Positions 1-11,810 of a stretch of DNA of 64,000 bases are shown here, one piece after another. This DNA is from Orbicella franksi (lineage: Eukaryota): NCBI GenBank assembly GCA_964199315.1, contig OZ116706.1, positions 26,908,001-26,972,000 of the forward strand. The letters run 5' to 3'. The position numbers were made by a program, and so were the translations under genes. The notes beneath the pieces are model-generated. The model saw only the letters and a program-made list of their open reading frames with translations. It searched no databases and was not told the DNA's origin. Each line of letters starts with the position of its first letter. The stretch's first letter is position 1.

Positions 1-797
1 AAAATCTCTCTTGCTTTCAAAGATGTAAATAGAAAATCTTTTAATTCTATCAGAAAATTATCTTTTGAACTGCATAAAATCTAAATAAATTGTTCCTATG
101 CTTTTGAAATCACAGTCACCATAGCTGTTGCAGGTAGATCTTAAAATATTGTCTGCATTTGTATTTTGGCACACAGCCATTTCAAATGTAAATTTTATTT
201 AGTCTACCACTTCTTTTTTTCTAGAAAGACTTGTGGATATGACATCACCATTTTTAACAAATAAAGCACTGTATTCTTTGGCACCTTTAAAGTAATACCA
301 CGATTAATATGCATACTCTAAAGTAACTTTCTTTGCTTCATTAAGCCACAAATGTTAAACAGTCAAAACGATATATTATCATTTTCTCGTGGGAGTATTT
401 GCTAGAACAGGCAAAAAGTATGTGATGACACATGGTGCAAAAGAATCTGTACTGCCTCTACTCGCTGTCTGTTTAAGGCTAGCAAACTTAAATCCTTTAT
501 GTTTTCTTCATGTTTTCTTTTCAGTTTTGGTTAAAAGGACAAGCAATGCTTTACGATTCCAATTATTGTAATGTTAGAAAAAAATGCTCTCAGCTTAGCC
601 AGAAGTTAAACTTTTCGTTTTATATTTTTGACCACAAATGACCTTGTTGGTTGTTTTCTTTCTAAAAGATTGCTGTGTGATTTACTTCTACAGATCCATC
701 AATGTGTTGATAGCTTACAGAAGCTAAGTTTAAGCTGTGGTTGAGGCGTCTGTGTGCAAAAGAGTTAAGAAGTGCTAGCACACTTCTCATCTGCAAA

Positions 798-953
798 ATG
801 AACTTCATAATACACATATTCTGCCTCCTCGTGACGCTTGTCTGTGGTAAAGAATTGGAGGAACAATACCAAAGACTACCAGATGCCATAGCTGTTATTG
901 GGAGATCATTTGAATACTTTTTACCCCCTCGAGATGGCAAACAGCAATACAAG
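798..953 (+). CDS. DAG1-like: Dystroglycan-like 1, coding exon 1 (signal peptide, start of CADG domain)
   Basis: ATG at 798, MNFIIHIFCLLVTLVCG hydrophobic leader, LPDAIAVIGRSF, ends ...QQYK then GTATGT donor (phase 0). Confidence 0.85.
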
Positions 954-1517
954 GTATGTTGTGAATCAAAGCAGATGCATACTGTGAAATGAATATCACT
1001 TAATCCAGTGAAGTATCAACAATCAATATTGGTGTTAATTGAAAGAGGCGTTAATTACACGGATGGAAGACTTGCCCCTAAAAAAATCAATTAAAAAGAA
1101 CTGCATCTTCAAAATACCACATGCCTGGTCAGGTCTGATATTTGTTGAAAGTGCAAAAATACAGAATGTTTAAATGACTCAAAATATTACTTAATACCAC
1201 AAGCTTAGAGACAATGAAGTTGTGTTTGATAATTATTGCAAGGGTGGGGAAACTGGAATTTTAGGTGTTGTCATGCAACTTTTGATATAAAGCATTGACA
1301 GTGTCCACAATGCAACACTGTTTCAGAAACTAGAATGATTGTGGCAGCATTGATTACCAGCTACATTTTGAAGAAACAGAATGTTCGTTTAAAATGGGCA
1401 TTTACACATTCAAAAAAAGCCCCTTTGTAGTGACACTACTAAGAAGAAATTAAGCAGGCTTATTAAAAAGTGCAGGCAGCTTCAAAATAAGTAACAAGTC
1501 TTTCTTGTGTCTGTTAG

Positions 1518-2034
1518 GCCTTAGAACAAGGAAAAACAGTGCTACCTAAATGGCTGTCTTTTGATGCAACCAAGAACCAAATTTATGGGTTACCCTTAAA
1601 GCGAGACAAAGGGAGAGTTGATATTGAGGTCCATCTAAGGGACAGCGGATTGCACAAGGCTGTTTTCTCTATTGATGTTCAAGACTTACATACCATGTTG
1701 GAGAATAAATCGATGATGTCAAACGAGACAAAGGTTCCACCCTTTACAGAACCACTTTGCTCTCATGGAATGCCCGTCACTGTTGCCACTGTTCAGTTTG
1801 ATCTTCATGTGGGGGAGCTCTGTGGAGAAGAGAGAATGAAACTCATGAGACAACTGTCAGAATTCATCGACGTGAACATAGCAGACCTTCACATGTCAGC
1901 TGGAAAGGGACATAGCACAGCATTTGGGTTCAAAAATATTGTGATGATAACAGCAGGACCAGGAAATGTAGCTGATCCCAAGAAGCCTGGTATTGTAGTT
2001 TCCTGGAAAATTGGCTGTGAAATGGATATTGCAG
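1518..2034 (+). CDS. DAG1-like: Dystroglycan-like 1, coding exon 2 (alpha-DG N-terminal CADG + S6-like domain)
   Basis: Acceptor tttcttgtgtctgttAG; ALEQGKTVLPKWLSFD...QIYGLP...GPGN...VVSWKIGC; donor G/GTGTGT (phase 1). Confidence 0.88.
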
Positions 2035-2998
2035 GTGTGTAGTACAATAATAATGTTTTGAAACCAGTGAGACTTTGATTAGGGAGTTATGAGTTATGGT
2101 GGCCCCCCACCCCTCAGGGGATGGCAGAAAAATTGGGTGGGGTGTGCAGCCTGCTTCTAAAATCCTGTACCCTATTTAAGACCAAACTCTATGATTTTCC
2201 CTACTCTATTTGTGACCTGATCAAAAAGTCCCGCTATAACATATGGAGTACATTATTGAGTTGTAAAATTGTAAATAGGAAGTTTGAGGAGCACTCAAGA
2301 AGCTAGAAGTTGTCCTTGGCTGTGCCTTGGGTGACTCTTATGCTTCTTTTGTTCTCTCCAAACTTCTCATGTTCGTGAAAGCATGAATCAATGCTACTGT
2401 TAACTAGTAAATTACTAGGTCAGATCTGACACATTATGATGGAAGATAACTGGCAAGGGACTAACATGCAGGCTTTTAGCCAAACGGACATCCAGGCACC
2501 CTGTGGATGCGGCCACTTATTAAAGAAAATCATTTTATTTTTCATATTTTGCTTGCTAAATTGTTCATTTGAGCAGGCCCTATAGCACATTTTAGATGCC
2601 CACTTTTCAAATCTTGGCTAACAGCCTGCTAACATGTGCATGTAATCCAGAGGGACTGGCAATACTTATTGGTGTAAAAGTTGAGCAGAAGAAACGCTTA
2701 ATAATTATGCAGTCACGCTAGTGGAATCCATTCTTTGCTTGCCCAATGAACAAGTGAAGTGTTTTGGGAAAAATGTCTAAAGCTGATTAAGGTAAGGCTT
2801 GAAATAAATTTTTGGAGGCTACGTGAGAATGACTTTTGGAACAGTTCATCATAGTAACAGCTTGCCTAAAGGCCAAATTTGAAAAATGGTTTTCTTTGCA
2901 CTCTGACAAAGTTGTCAAAAGTGGCCAGCTGCTGATGGATATTGTGGCACTCTGCTGGGCAGTTCTGTTCTTCAATGCCAGGTTGTTCAAAACTCTAT

Positions 2999-3198
2999 TG
3001 TGTTGTTCCAGAAAATATCCATACCCCTCCCACAGAAGGTTTTTCAGCTTGAACCCCCACCCCACCCCTCCAGAAATTCCATTTTAGTGTCATACTTTCC
3101 TTCAAAAAATTGGGCTTTAGAATCCCCCCCTCCCCCCCCCCTCCCCCTTGGAATTTCCGTTAACCTTCCTTGGGGTTGGTATGGATATTTTAGTGGAC
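2999..3198. mobile_element. MITE-like interspersed repeat, family A, copy 1
   Basis: Terminal inverted repeats tgtgttgttccagaaaatatccatacccc ... ggggttggtatggatatttt; second copy at 8691..8893. Confidence 0.6.
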
Positions 3199-3759
3199 AA
3201 AAATTAATTCTTTGGTTAACTTTTTATCCTGGGTTAGCATTAACTGGCTTTCAAACAACCCGGCTCAGGTACTTGCATCACAAGCAGCAAATTTGCTGGC
3301 TACTTTCTGAAAACAGCTATCTAATTCAAAATTTTCTTTAAACCCTGTGAGCACCAGCACTAAAGAGGTACCAACTGGTTCCTCCAAACCCAATTTTGTT
3401 TAAAAAATTAATGATTGAGTTGTTAAGTGTTGGTTGCAAAATACTTGAAATTATAAACTTATTAAATGAGTGGGTGGGCAGAATGGGAAAACATTTAACT
3501 TCAGTTCATAACATACTGGCCAAGTCCAGAGAGGTCAGTGCAAACTGACCAAGAGCCAAATAGTTTCCTGTTTAGCCCAAGCTATCTCTGCCAGTTATTG
3601 CTGTATTGTGCAACAGACAACTTTTCCTGGTCCACCTCAGTCACCTTAGACCCTACACACATGTTAGTTTTTATATCTGTAGGATTGTGTTGGCAAGACC
3701 AAATGGTGGTGTAAAAAAGCAATGTACTTAAACCACGTATTGTTTTGTTTTTGTCATAG

Positions 3760-6700
3760 GAATAAAAATGGTCTCTCTTTTGAAGTCCAGTTCTGAGCAG
3801 GGAACATTTAAACAATTTCTTGAAGCCCCTGTTAGTGGGTGGCATATTGTAACTGGGCAGCCAAAACCTCATGAAAAAAGGGTACGTCGACAAGTAAGCA
3901 ATCTGTTTCCAACTCCAGTACTGACTGGCACGTCTCCAACACCTTTGGCCACAATGGCTCCACCATCATCTATTGCTCCCAGTATAACTGTCATGCTGGC
4001 TACTACAACAGGGAGTCCCCTTCCTGTTAACACTGTACCTGTCATTCGGAAGTCAATTGGCCAAATGACCTTCTTCACTGGAAGAGCACTTCGATATCAA
4101 ATCCCAGCTGATATGTTTTATGACCAACAGGATGGCAACACAAGAAATCTAAGGCTAGAGATGAGAACAGGTAGTCTTGGTCAACTTCCCTCCTGGATAA
4201 TGTTTGACTCACTGAATCAAGTAATTTATGGCCTGCCTTTCGGAAGTGACAGCATTGGATTGTACGAGTTTGTTCTCAGTGCCACTGACAATGGTGGAAA
4301 AACTGTATCTGACCGCTTTAAAGTACAAGTGTCCGACAGCCTAACCTCTTTCACTCACATGTTTACAATTTGCCTGAATTATGACTACAAAAAATTCATA
4401 AATGATGTTGGGATTCGACTTCAGCTAATGAGAAAAATTACCAACTACTATGGTTTGGACTTGTCTCAGTTACATCTTGCATCCTACACGTATGAACATG
4501 GTGCCATTTTCTTTGCATTCAAATTCGAGTTATCAGACCAGAACTGCAACAGTAAAAATTTGCAAAATCTCATAGATGGCTTTGGCAGAAATAATAGAGA
4601 ACTGAATCCAAACTTTCAGACATACCTCCTTCCAGAGTTTGACATACTGTATGGCTTTCATGAGGGAATTGAACTATGTACACCAACTGCTGCTGAGAAT
4701 TCCATACCTGAAGTAAACAAAAAAATTGGTCAACTGAGTGTGTCTTTGGGACAAGGAATGCACTTCATCATCCCATGGAACACATTCTATGACCCACAGG
4801 ACTTTTACACACGTAACTTGAAGCTTGAAATTAGAACAAAAAATGGTGAAGCTCTTTCTGCAACCTCGTGGATTGGTTTTAATTCTTCAGAGCAGGAAAT
4901 TTATGCCCAACCAAATGCTTCAAATTTAGTTGGACACCACAAGTTTCGCATAGTTGCTATTGACAGTGGAGGACTTGAAACTTTTACCAGTGTGAAGGTG
5001 CTTGTAGTGGATGACACAAACCGTTACAATCATGAGTTTTCAATCCTCCTTCGAGGCTATAGCTATGAAGACTTGGCAGGAAATACTAAAAACAGGGTGT
5101 TCTTATTGGAAGCAATTGCTAAATACTATCAGCTAAACTTAACTAGTGTACGCATCGCCAAGTATCTCGAAGGAGTATCTTTTCATTTTAGGTTTGATTC
5201 CATTCCATATGGGGAATGTGACAATCCACTCTTGAAAAGGATCATAGATGGCTTCTGGATTGATGATAAAAAAGAGGTCAATGAGTCATTTGTAACTGCC
5301 CTTAGAGAAGACAAAATAAGAATTTTGACTGGCTACTACTTTGGTATTGGACCTTGCGAAGGCATTACACCCAAGCTGGAGAGCAGCCCAGAAGATCAAC
5401 AACGTATTATCAAAAGAGAAGTGTCCCAGGGACAAGCAATACGCTTCCATGTTCCTTACGACACTTTCTACGACGAGTATGAATTTTATACACCTAACTT
5501 GAGGCTGAGCATTAGGACAATGGAGAATAAAGAACTTCCACTGTCCTCTTGGATTTTCCTTCACTCCAATCAGCAGGACATTTATGGTTTACCTTTGGAT
5601 ATCAGTACAGTTGGACGTAATGATTTTCGCCTTGTTGCAAGAAATAGACAAGGAAAGGAAGGATTTACTACTTTGACGATCACTGTCTTGGAAGAAAACG
5701 TAAATTATGAAAACAACTTCACCATCCGCATTGAAAACTACAATGCAATCAAGAGAGATGTTTTCCAGAGAGTGAAACTGATAGATAAAATAGCCAGTTA
5801 TTATGACTTGGAATACAACAACGTTAGGGTTTTGAGTCAAAACCCTGATACATTTACTTTTGGATTTGATACTGTTCCGGCTGGACCATGTGACGACCCA
5901 AATCTTTTAAAGGTGAAAAGTGGGTTCTGGAGCGACAGAAATATAAATCCAAAATTTGTGGCAGCACTTTCTCCAGATTTTAATGTAATTTCTGGTTATT
6001 ACCAACTTTGTGGAGAATATATGAACACTCCACCAGTAACCATCAACCCTACAAAGCGCCAAACTGTATTCGAAGGACAAGCAATGAAGTACCCTATTCC
6101 TAGAGAGACATTCTATGACAAGGAAGATGGGTACACCCACCAACTCAAGTTGTTCATGACAACGATGAAAGGAGAAAACCTGCTACCAACTTCATGGATT
6201 CTTCTTTTTGACTCTCCACAGCAGGAAATTATAAGTTTACCTATAGGCAACAACAAAATTGGCATGCACAGGTTTTACTTGACTGCCACTGACAAGGGAG
6301 GGTTTAGAGCTTCCGATGAAATTAAAGTGGAGGTGTTGGAAGATACTAATATCTATAACCACAAGTTTACTATTGTCATTGATGATGCTACAGTTGCAGA
6401 CAATGTGAATTCAAGAGTGATTTTTGTGGAGAAGCTTGCAACTTACTTTGGAGTGGACTTTCATGATGTTCGTGTCCGTAGCTATGGTCCAGATGTTCCA
6501 ACTGTCTTCCAGTTTGCCATCCCAAATCTAGCATGTGATGACCTACGGCTGTTGAAGTGGAAATCCAGCTTTATCATGAACAAAAAGTTAAATGAAAACT
6601 TCATTAATGCTCTTCGTCCCGAGTTCCTAGTCTCTTCTGGCTCGTTCGAAGGCCTGGACATTTGCCAAACTCCTGAACCACCAAATAATACACCTCCACA

Positions 6701-8228
6701 ATTGTACAATCACATTGATCGGCTGGATGTATTCCAGGGACAAGGGTTACGATTTCACATTCCTAATGACACATTTTACGACAAAGAAGACCTCTACACA
6801 CCAAACTTAAAGCTAGAAATGAGGACAATAGATGGAGACAAACTTCTCAGGACATCTTGGATACTCCTCAATTCTTCACACCAAGAAATTTATGGCTTGC
6901 CTTTTGATGTTAATAGAATTGGATTACACGAGTTTTTGATGGTGGCTGCTGACAAGGAAGGAAGTGAGGCCTATGATGCATTTGAAGTGAGTGTGTCGGA
7001 AGACAACATTCCTTACAGTCACAAGTTTAACATTCTGATTGACTATGACAATGCTACCTTCATGGACAATGTGGGAATCAGAGTGCTCCTGTTAGACAAG
7101 ATAGCCAGTTACTTTGGAGTAAACTTCACCAGCGTGCGTGTGGTCAGCTACACTCCTGGAATTCTATTTACATTCTATTTTGATTTTTTGCCATATGAGG
7201 AATGTTCTCATCCTACCTTGGCAAAGTTCATTGATGGCTTTTGGTTTGGCAATGATTTGAATCCACAGTTTGTAGTGGCACTTGCTCCAGATTTTAGGGT
7301 GGTATCTGGCTCTTATGAAATGCTTTCTCCATGCAAAGTTGTTGCACCGCCTGTTGCTGGTTTAGTTGCAGATAGGCCTGGTGGAATATGGTGGACTTAT
7401 GCAATTATACCTGCCATTGTACTTGCCATTGTTCTCCTTCTCATTGGGTGCTGTGTGCTAATCCTTATGGGATGTTGTCGAAAGCAGAAAATGACAGGGG
7501 CAGAGAAAACAACCTTCATCTACAAGCGAAAGCCAGTTGTCCTCCAGGAAGAGTACGAGATCAAGGAACAGCTATTGAAGCAGCCAATAGTCCTGCCAAA
7601 TGAAAAGCCCCCTGTGCCACCTGTGTACCCACGCAGCCCTGTTCTAGGTGGTGACAGAACACCACTCTTGATTGAGGAAGCGAAGTCTGTTCCCTACCAA
7701 GCACCGACTTTCATGTCTAGTAGACAAATGGCAAGTGGTGGTGGCAGTAGCAATGTTGCATTTGCTGGAGGCAATGGTGGTGGAGCTGGTGGTGGTGGTG
7801 GTGGTGGTGGTGGTGCTGGAGGTGCTGGAGGTGCTGGAGGTGGCGGCGGTGGTTTAGCTGGTGGCAGCAGTGCAGCTGGTGGCGGTGGTGCAGCTGGTGC
7901 TGGTGGTGCAGCTGGTGCTGGTGGAGGAGTTGGTTCTTTTAGTGGTGCTGGGGGTGGTGCCTTTGGTGGTGGAGCTGGAAGCGGTGGCGGCGGCAGTGGT
8001 GGCAGTGGTGGTGCAGTGGGCAGCGGTGGTGGTGTTGGTGGCACAGCTGGTGGTGGCGCTGGTGGTACTGCTGTCAGTTTTAGTATGGCTTCAGGTGGTG
8101 GTGGTGCTAGTTTTAAGCAGACTTCATATAGCTATAGTTACAGCAGCAGTGGGGGAAGTGTTTCTGGTGGAAGTCGCAAGGTAGCTTATTCTGGGTACAG
8201 GTTACCTCCAGCCTATGTGCCACCATAA
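3760..8228 (+). CDS. DAG1-like: Dystroglycan-like 1, coding exon 3 (furin site, 5 CADG+SEA modules, TM, Gly-rich tail, PPxY)
   Basis: Acceptor ttttgtttttgtcatAG, in phase with exon 2 (G/GA ATA AAA ATG); 1486-aa ORF with repeated TFYD.(E/Q)D motifs; TM IWWTYAIIPAIVLAIVLLLIGCCVLILMG; stop TAA at 8226. Confidence 0.93.
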
Positions 8229-8690
8229 ACTCATCATATTAATAAACTGAAGCACTCTCTTGACAGTTTAAGTGGCTTGCTGACTGAACTGAAGTTCAAG
8301 TATCAAGGGACAGTAATTTGTTAACAGTTTGTTGCCATCAATCTTCTATGGGAGCCTTTGAACCAGCCTCCTACAATTTACATTTTGCTCATTACGCCAA
8401 CTTGGAAGAAGATTAGATGACAAGCCCAAAGAGCATCTTCTATGTACATGTCCTGGCAGATGCAGTAACATGACCAGTTTTGTTAATTAATGTTTCCTAC
8501 TTGTTTTGTTTGATGTTGTTTTAGACCAAAGTAGAAGTCAGTAACAGTGGATATCTCCCAAGCGAGGTAGGAGCTAGGTGGATATCTTCTGCTCACCATC
8601 CCTGAGGAGAATAGTAGAGTTTTGGTATCTTGTTACTGGTGATCAGCTTTAGACAAAAAGTGCAGATTTGTATTGCCATATTTAGGCAAG

Positions 8691-8893
8691 GTGTTGTTCC
8701 AGAAAGTATCCATACCCCTTCCATGGAAGGTATTATTAGTTTAAACCCCCACTTCCTGGAAATTCAGGTTTAGCTTCATACTTTCCTCTAAAAATTTAGG
8801 CTTTTGACTCCCCCCCCCCCCCCCCCCCCCTCCTGCTTGGAATTTCTGCTAACCTTCCTTGGGGTGGGTATTGATATTTTATGGAACTATACA
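8691..8893. mobile_element. MITE-like interspersed repeat, family A, copy 2
   Basis: Same TIRs (gtgttgttccagaaagtatccatacccc ... ggggtgggtattgatattttatggaactataca) and C-run core as 2999..3198. Confidence 0.6.
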
Positions 8894-9147
8894 ATGTTAA
8901 AAGAACAAACTGTCGGTGCTGTTTGAAAACCAGAAGAATAATGTTCCTGTTCAATAGGAAATAAATCAGAGCACATAAAAACAGTTTGGTCATTTATGCA
9001 GACAATTATTATTTAAACTTGATGTAGAAAATCCTTCTTTTGATGTTGAGTATAAATTTGCTATTGTTAATCCTAAGTTTAAGGCTTGTATTGTTAGAAA
9101 TAAGGGTTAAAACGGCCCAATTAAGCATTTAAATTTGACTTACAGGT

Positions 9148-9289
9148 ATAAAATATTTTTTAAAAACATTATAAAAAGTTTAAAAAAAGCTCAAAAGCTA
9201 GGCGACGTTTCAATGTTTTCACAACATTATCAAGTCAAAAAGTTAAGAACTTTTTTAACTTTTTATAATGTTTCTAAAAAATATTTTAT
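9148..9289. repeat. AT-rich inverted repeat (~42-bp arms) flanking a small internal hairpin
   Basis: ataaaatattttttaaaaacattataaaaagtt... pairs with ...aactttttataatgtttctaaaaaatattttat. Confidence 0.7.
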
Positions 9290-10567
9290 CGCAGTTTTTT
9301 GTAGCTAAATGTTATTAAAAAATTTGACATAGGAATATTTTGGAAAGAATAGACACTTCTTCAGGTCTGAGGCAAGCAGCAGAGACTATTTTAAAACAAT
9401 GTGCTTTAAATAATGAGCAAAATTACTATTGTTCACCAAGTGGAAAGTTGACCATAAGGGCTTGACATAAAGGATTTCATCCCATGCGAGCCATTGATTT
9501 TTCTACCAATTTTTAAGTTAAAAGAAGTTGCATACACTGAATGTGATACAATAGTTAATTACAGTATCCACTTAGTACTTCTAGACTAGTATTAGGTCTT
9601 CTTATGTTGAAATAATTGTGTGCTTCTTAGCTACAAAACAGACTTCAATTCATCATGTCATATCTGGAGTCTTTATCAGCTTTATCAGGAGAGCAGAATG
9701 CTTCAGTAAATATTTCAGGTGTTTTGCAAAAAGTCCTTTCCTCCCAAGTCTTGGACTGGTCACTGAGTTTTAAAAACTCCAACTGCAATCTTTGTACATA
9801 ACAGTTAGATTCAGCATTGAAACTGTAGGATCTTCAATTTCTCCATTCTGCACTCCTGTAGGTTTTCAGGGCAGTATTGCCAAAATATGAAATAGTAACT
9901 TTCATTTAATATTGAATTGAGATGCTATACTAAAAATAATGGATTTAAGCATGCCTTCAAGTTTCGATGATTCCATTATATGGTCCATAGTTGAACAAAT
10001 ATGACAGTACAATGTGGTCAACTGGTTCTTTTTGCTTTAGTCTGATGATCCAGTAAAGCTTTGGAAGTGTTATTTTTTTAAACAAATAATCTTGGAAAAT
10101 AAATTTCAGCTGTTTAATGGATAACTTTTGACTTTTTTTTTTCTACAACTGCCATCCATTTTAAATATCTATATGCATTGTTTGGCTTTGGAAATGCAAC
10201 AGCATGGGAAGACATAGATTCCAAAGGCAATCGAAGGATTGGTTTGTCGGCTATTGACATCAAATAATTTAAGAACCAAACCTAAAGGTAGCCCTATTTT
10301 GAAATATTAATATTCACACTTGTCTCCAAAGCTTCTGGGGATATTTCTAGCAAAAAGGAATCTCATCAACATTGAAGGAAGCTCTCCTGCTTTATTTTCT
10401 TTAACCCCAGAGCCAGGTTTAATGGGATTTCTTTGGGTGAAACCACTCTCATTAGACACTCCCCTGCTGAAACAAAGCACAAGTGCATGGAAAATCCCAT
10501 CAGGGATAATCTTGGCTAAGCATGGCTTGCTGAAACAGCTCCCATACTTGTTTAGGATAGGGTGGTG

Positions 10568-10961
10568 GGATCATGTGTGCCAAAAGCATCTGCAGCTGAC
10601 TGTTGATCGATACCCTTGATCAATATCCATTATCCTCAATCAACACTCGATTGATACTTGATCAACACCTCCGTTGATACTCGATCAACATCTCGGGCGA
10701 CAGTTGGTCGAGAGTCAACTATGTTTCAAAGACAAGCCACTGAGTGTCAATCGTCAATTGACCAAGTACAGTTAGTCAATCGTTGACCGCCTGTCTATCA
10801 GGTGTTGATTGAGATGTTGATTGGGTGTCAATGGAGTATTGATTGAGATATCTATCGCGTGTCGATCAAGTGTTGATCAAGGGTTCATCAAAGGTTCATC
10901 AAGGGTTGATCAAGGGTGTCTATGGGCACTTGACTGTGGATGCCCTTAGTACACGTGATCC
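10568..10961. mobile_element. MITE-like element rich in (t)tgatc/tcgatc motifs
   Basis: Imperfect TIRs ggatcatgtgtgccaaaagcat ... atgcccttagtacacgtgatcc; no coding capacity. Confidence 0.55.
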
Positions 10962-11659
10962 AAAATGTGAACAATTTGCAACTATTAGGCTGTGACAACA
11001 ACTTGTTCTCTTGAAGGGTGTGGGACAGTAGAAATTAAGTCAGACAACCCCACCCTCGTAGGAACAAACTTTTGCTAAATGAAATGTTTACTTACCTAAT
11101 AGGTAAATTAACTGCATACACAAAGGGACATCTTTGGGAGTGTAATTATTCATATATGGAAGCTATCCTTTACTGATGGGTCATATGTGATGTTTATATG
11201 TGGTTTGAATGAGAGCAAAATATTCTTACTCCATGTTTCTTTATGCTACAGTAACTAGAATCATGCACTGACAGCGGTGGGCCAAAAGGCTTGCAAAAGG
11301 GTATCCCTTGGACAATGCAAATGAAATGCTTTGAAAAACCCGGGACCAAGACATAGGGTGTCTACAAACTGGGTAACTAACTGTGATATTGCATAAGCTA
11401 CAGTTTTCACTGCGGTTTATGCTTATATGCTCATAGCATTTGCATTATGCTTAATAACCTTTGCCGGCAGACCTACAGGAGAGACCCACATAAAAAACGA
11501 ACAGCAACATGCGTTCTCCTGACCTATTATTAAAAGGCTTGCTGGCCTATTGGTTAGTTCAAGCACTTGCTGGGGAAGTTGTCTTGTGTTCTTACTACTT
11601 GCAGTGCCTCTGTCCAGCCAGGAGTATAAATGGGCACTAGCCAATAATTGGAGTAGCCT

Positions 11660-11810
11660 GACACAATACTGAGGGGTGATCTGTGATGGCTAAAATCCCA
11701 TTAAGGAGTGGAGAGGGGGGAGGGTGTGCTTAGCAATACTCCTATCTGCTTCATGATACAGAACCCAAAGTTAAGTGCTAAGAGCTATGAGCCAGCTGTG
11801 CTCAACAGGC
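11660..11810 (+). mobile_element. Degenerate SINE 3-prime fragment (same family as 47930..48219 and 63425..63709)
   Basis: Reverse-complement similarity to the other two copies (gatggctaaaatccc...agcaatactcct...gcttcatgatacagaa). Confidence 0.45.

Larger units (their letters stand above)
798..8228 (+). other. DAG1-like: Gene model: dystroglycan-like paralogue 1 (multi-module), 1713 aa; join(798..953,1518..2034,3760..8228)
   Basis: Exon lengths 156+517+4469=5142 nt, open frame. Signal peptide, N-terminal CADG and S6-like domain, RVRR/Q furin site, short Thr/Pro stretch, 5 CADG+SEA modules, TM helix, C-terminus GYRLPPAYVPP (human DAG1 ends PYRSPPPYVPP). Confidence 0.9.

Noticed and set aside
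741-797. ORF-track starts at TTG/GTG (741, 1539, 18007, 21469, 22509, 60083, 60724)
   Set aside because: Artefacts of a prokaryote-style ORF caller; the real boundaries are ATGs or splice acceptors as listed in the features.
7672-8184. Poly-Pro ORF (7694..8044, minus) and poly-Val ORFs (7672..7857, 7861..8184)
   Set aside because: Antisense and alternate-frame shadows of the Gly-rich ggt/gct tract of paralogue 1.
10600-10930. Repeated tcgatc/ttgatc motifs resembling a CRISPR or iteron array
   Set aside because: Irregular spacing, no constant repeat-spacer unit, eukaryotic context, and enclosed by MITE-like TIRs.
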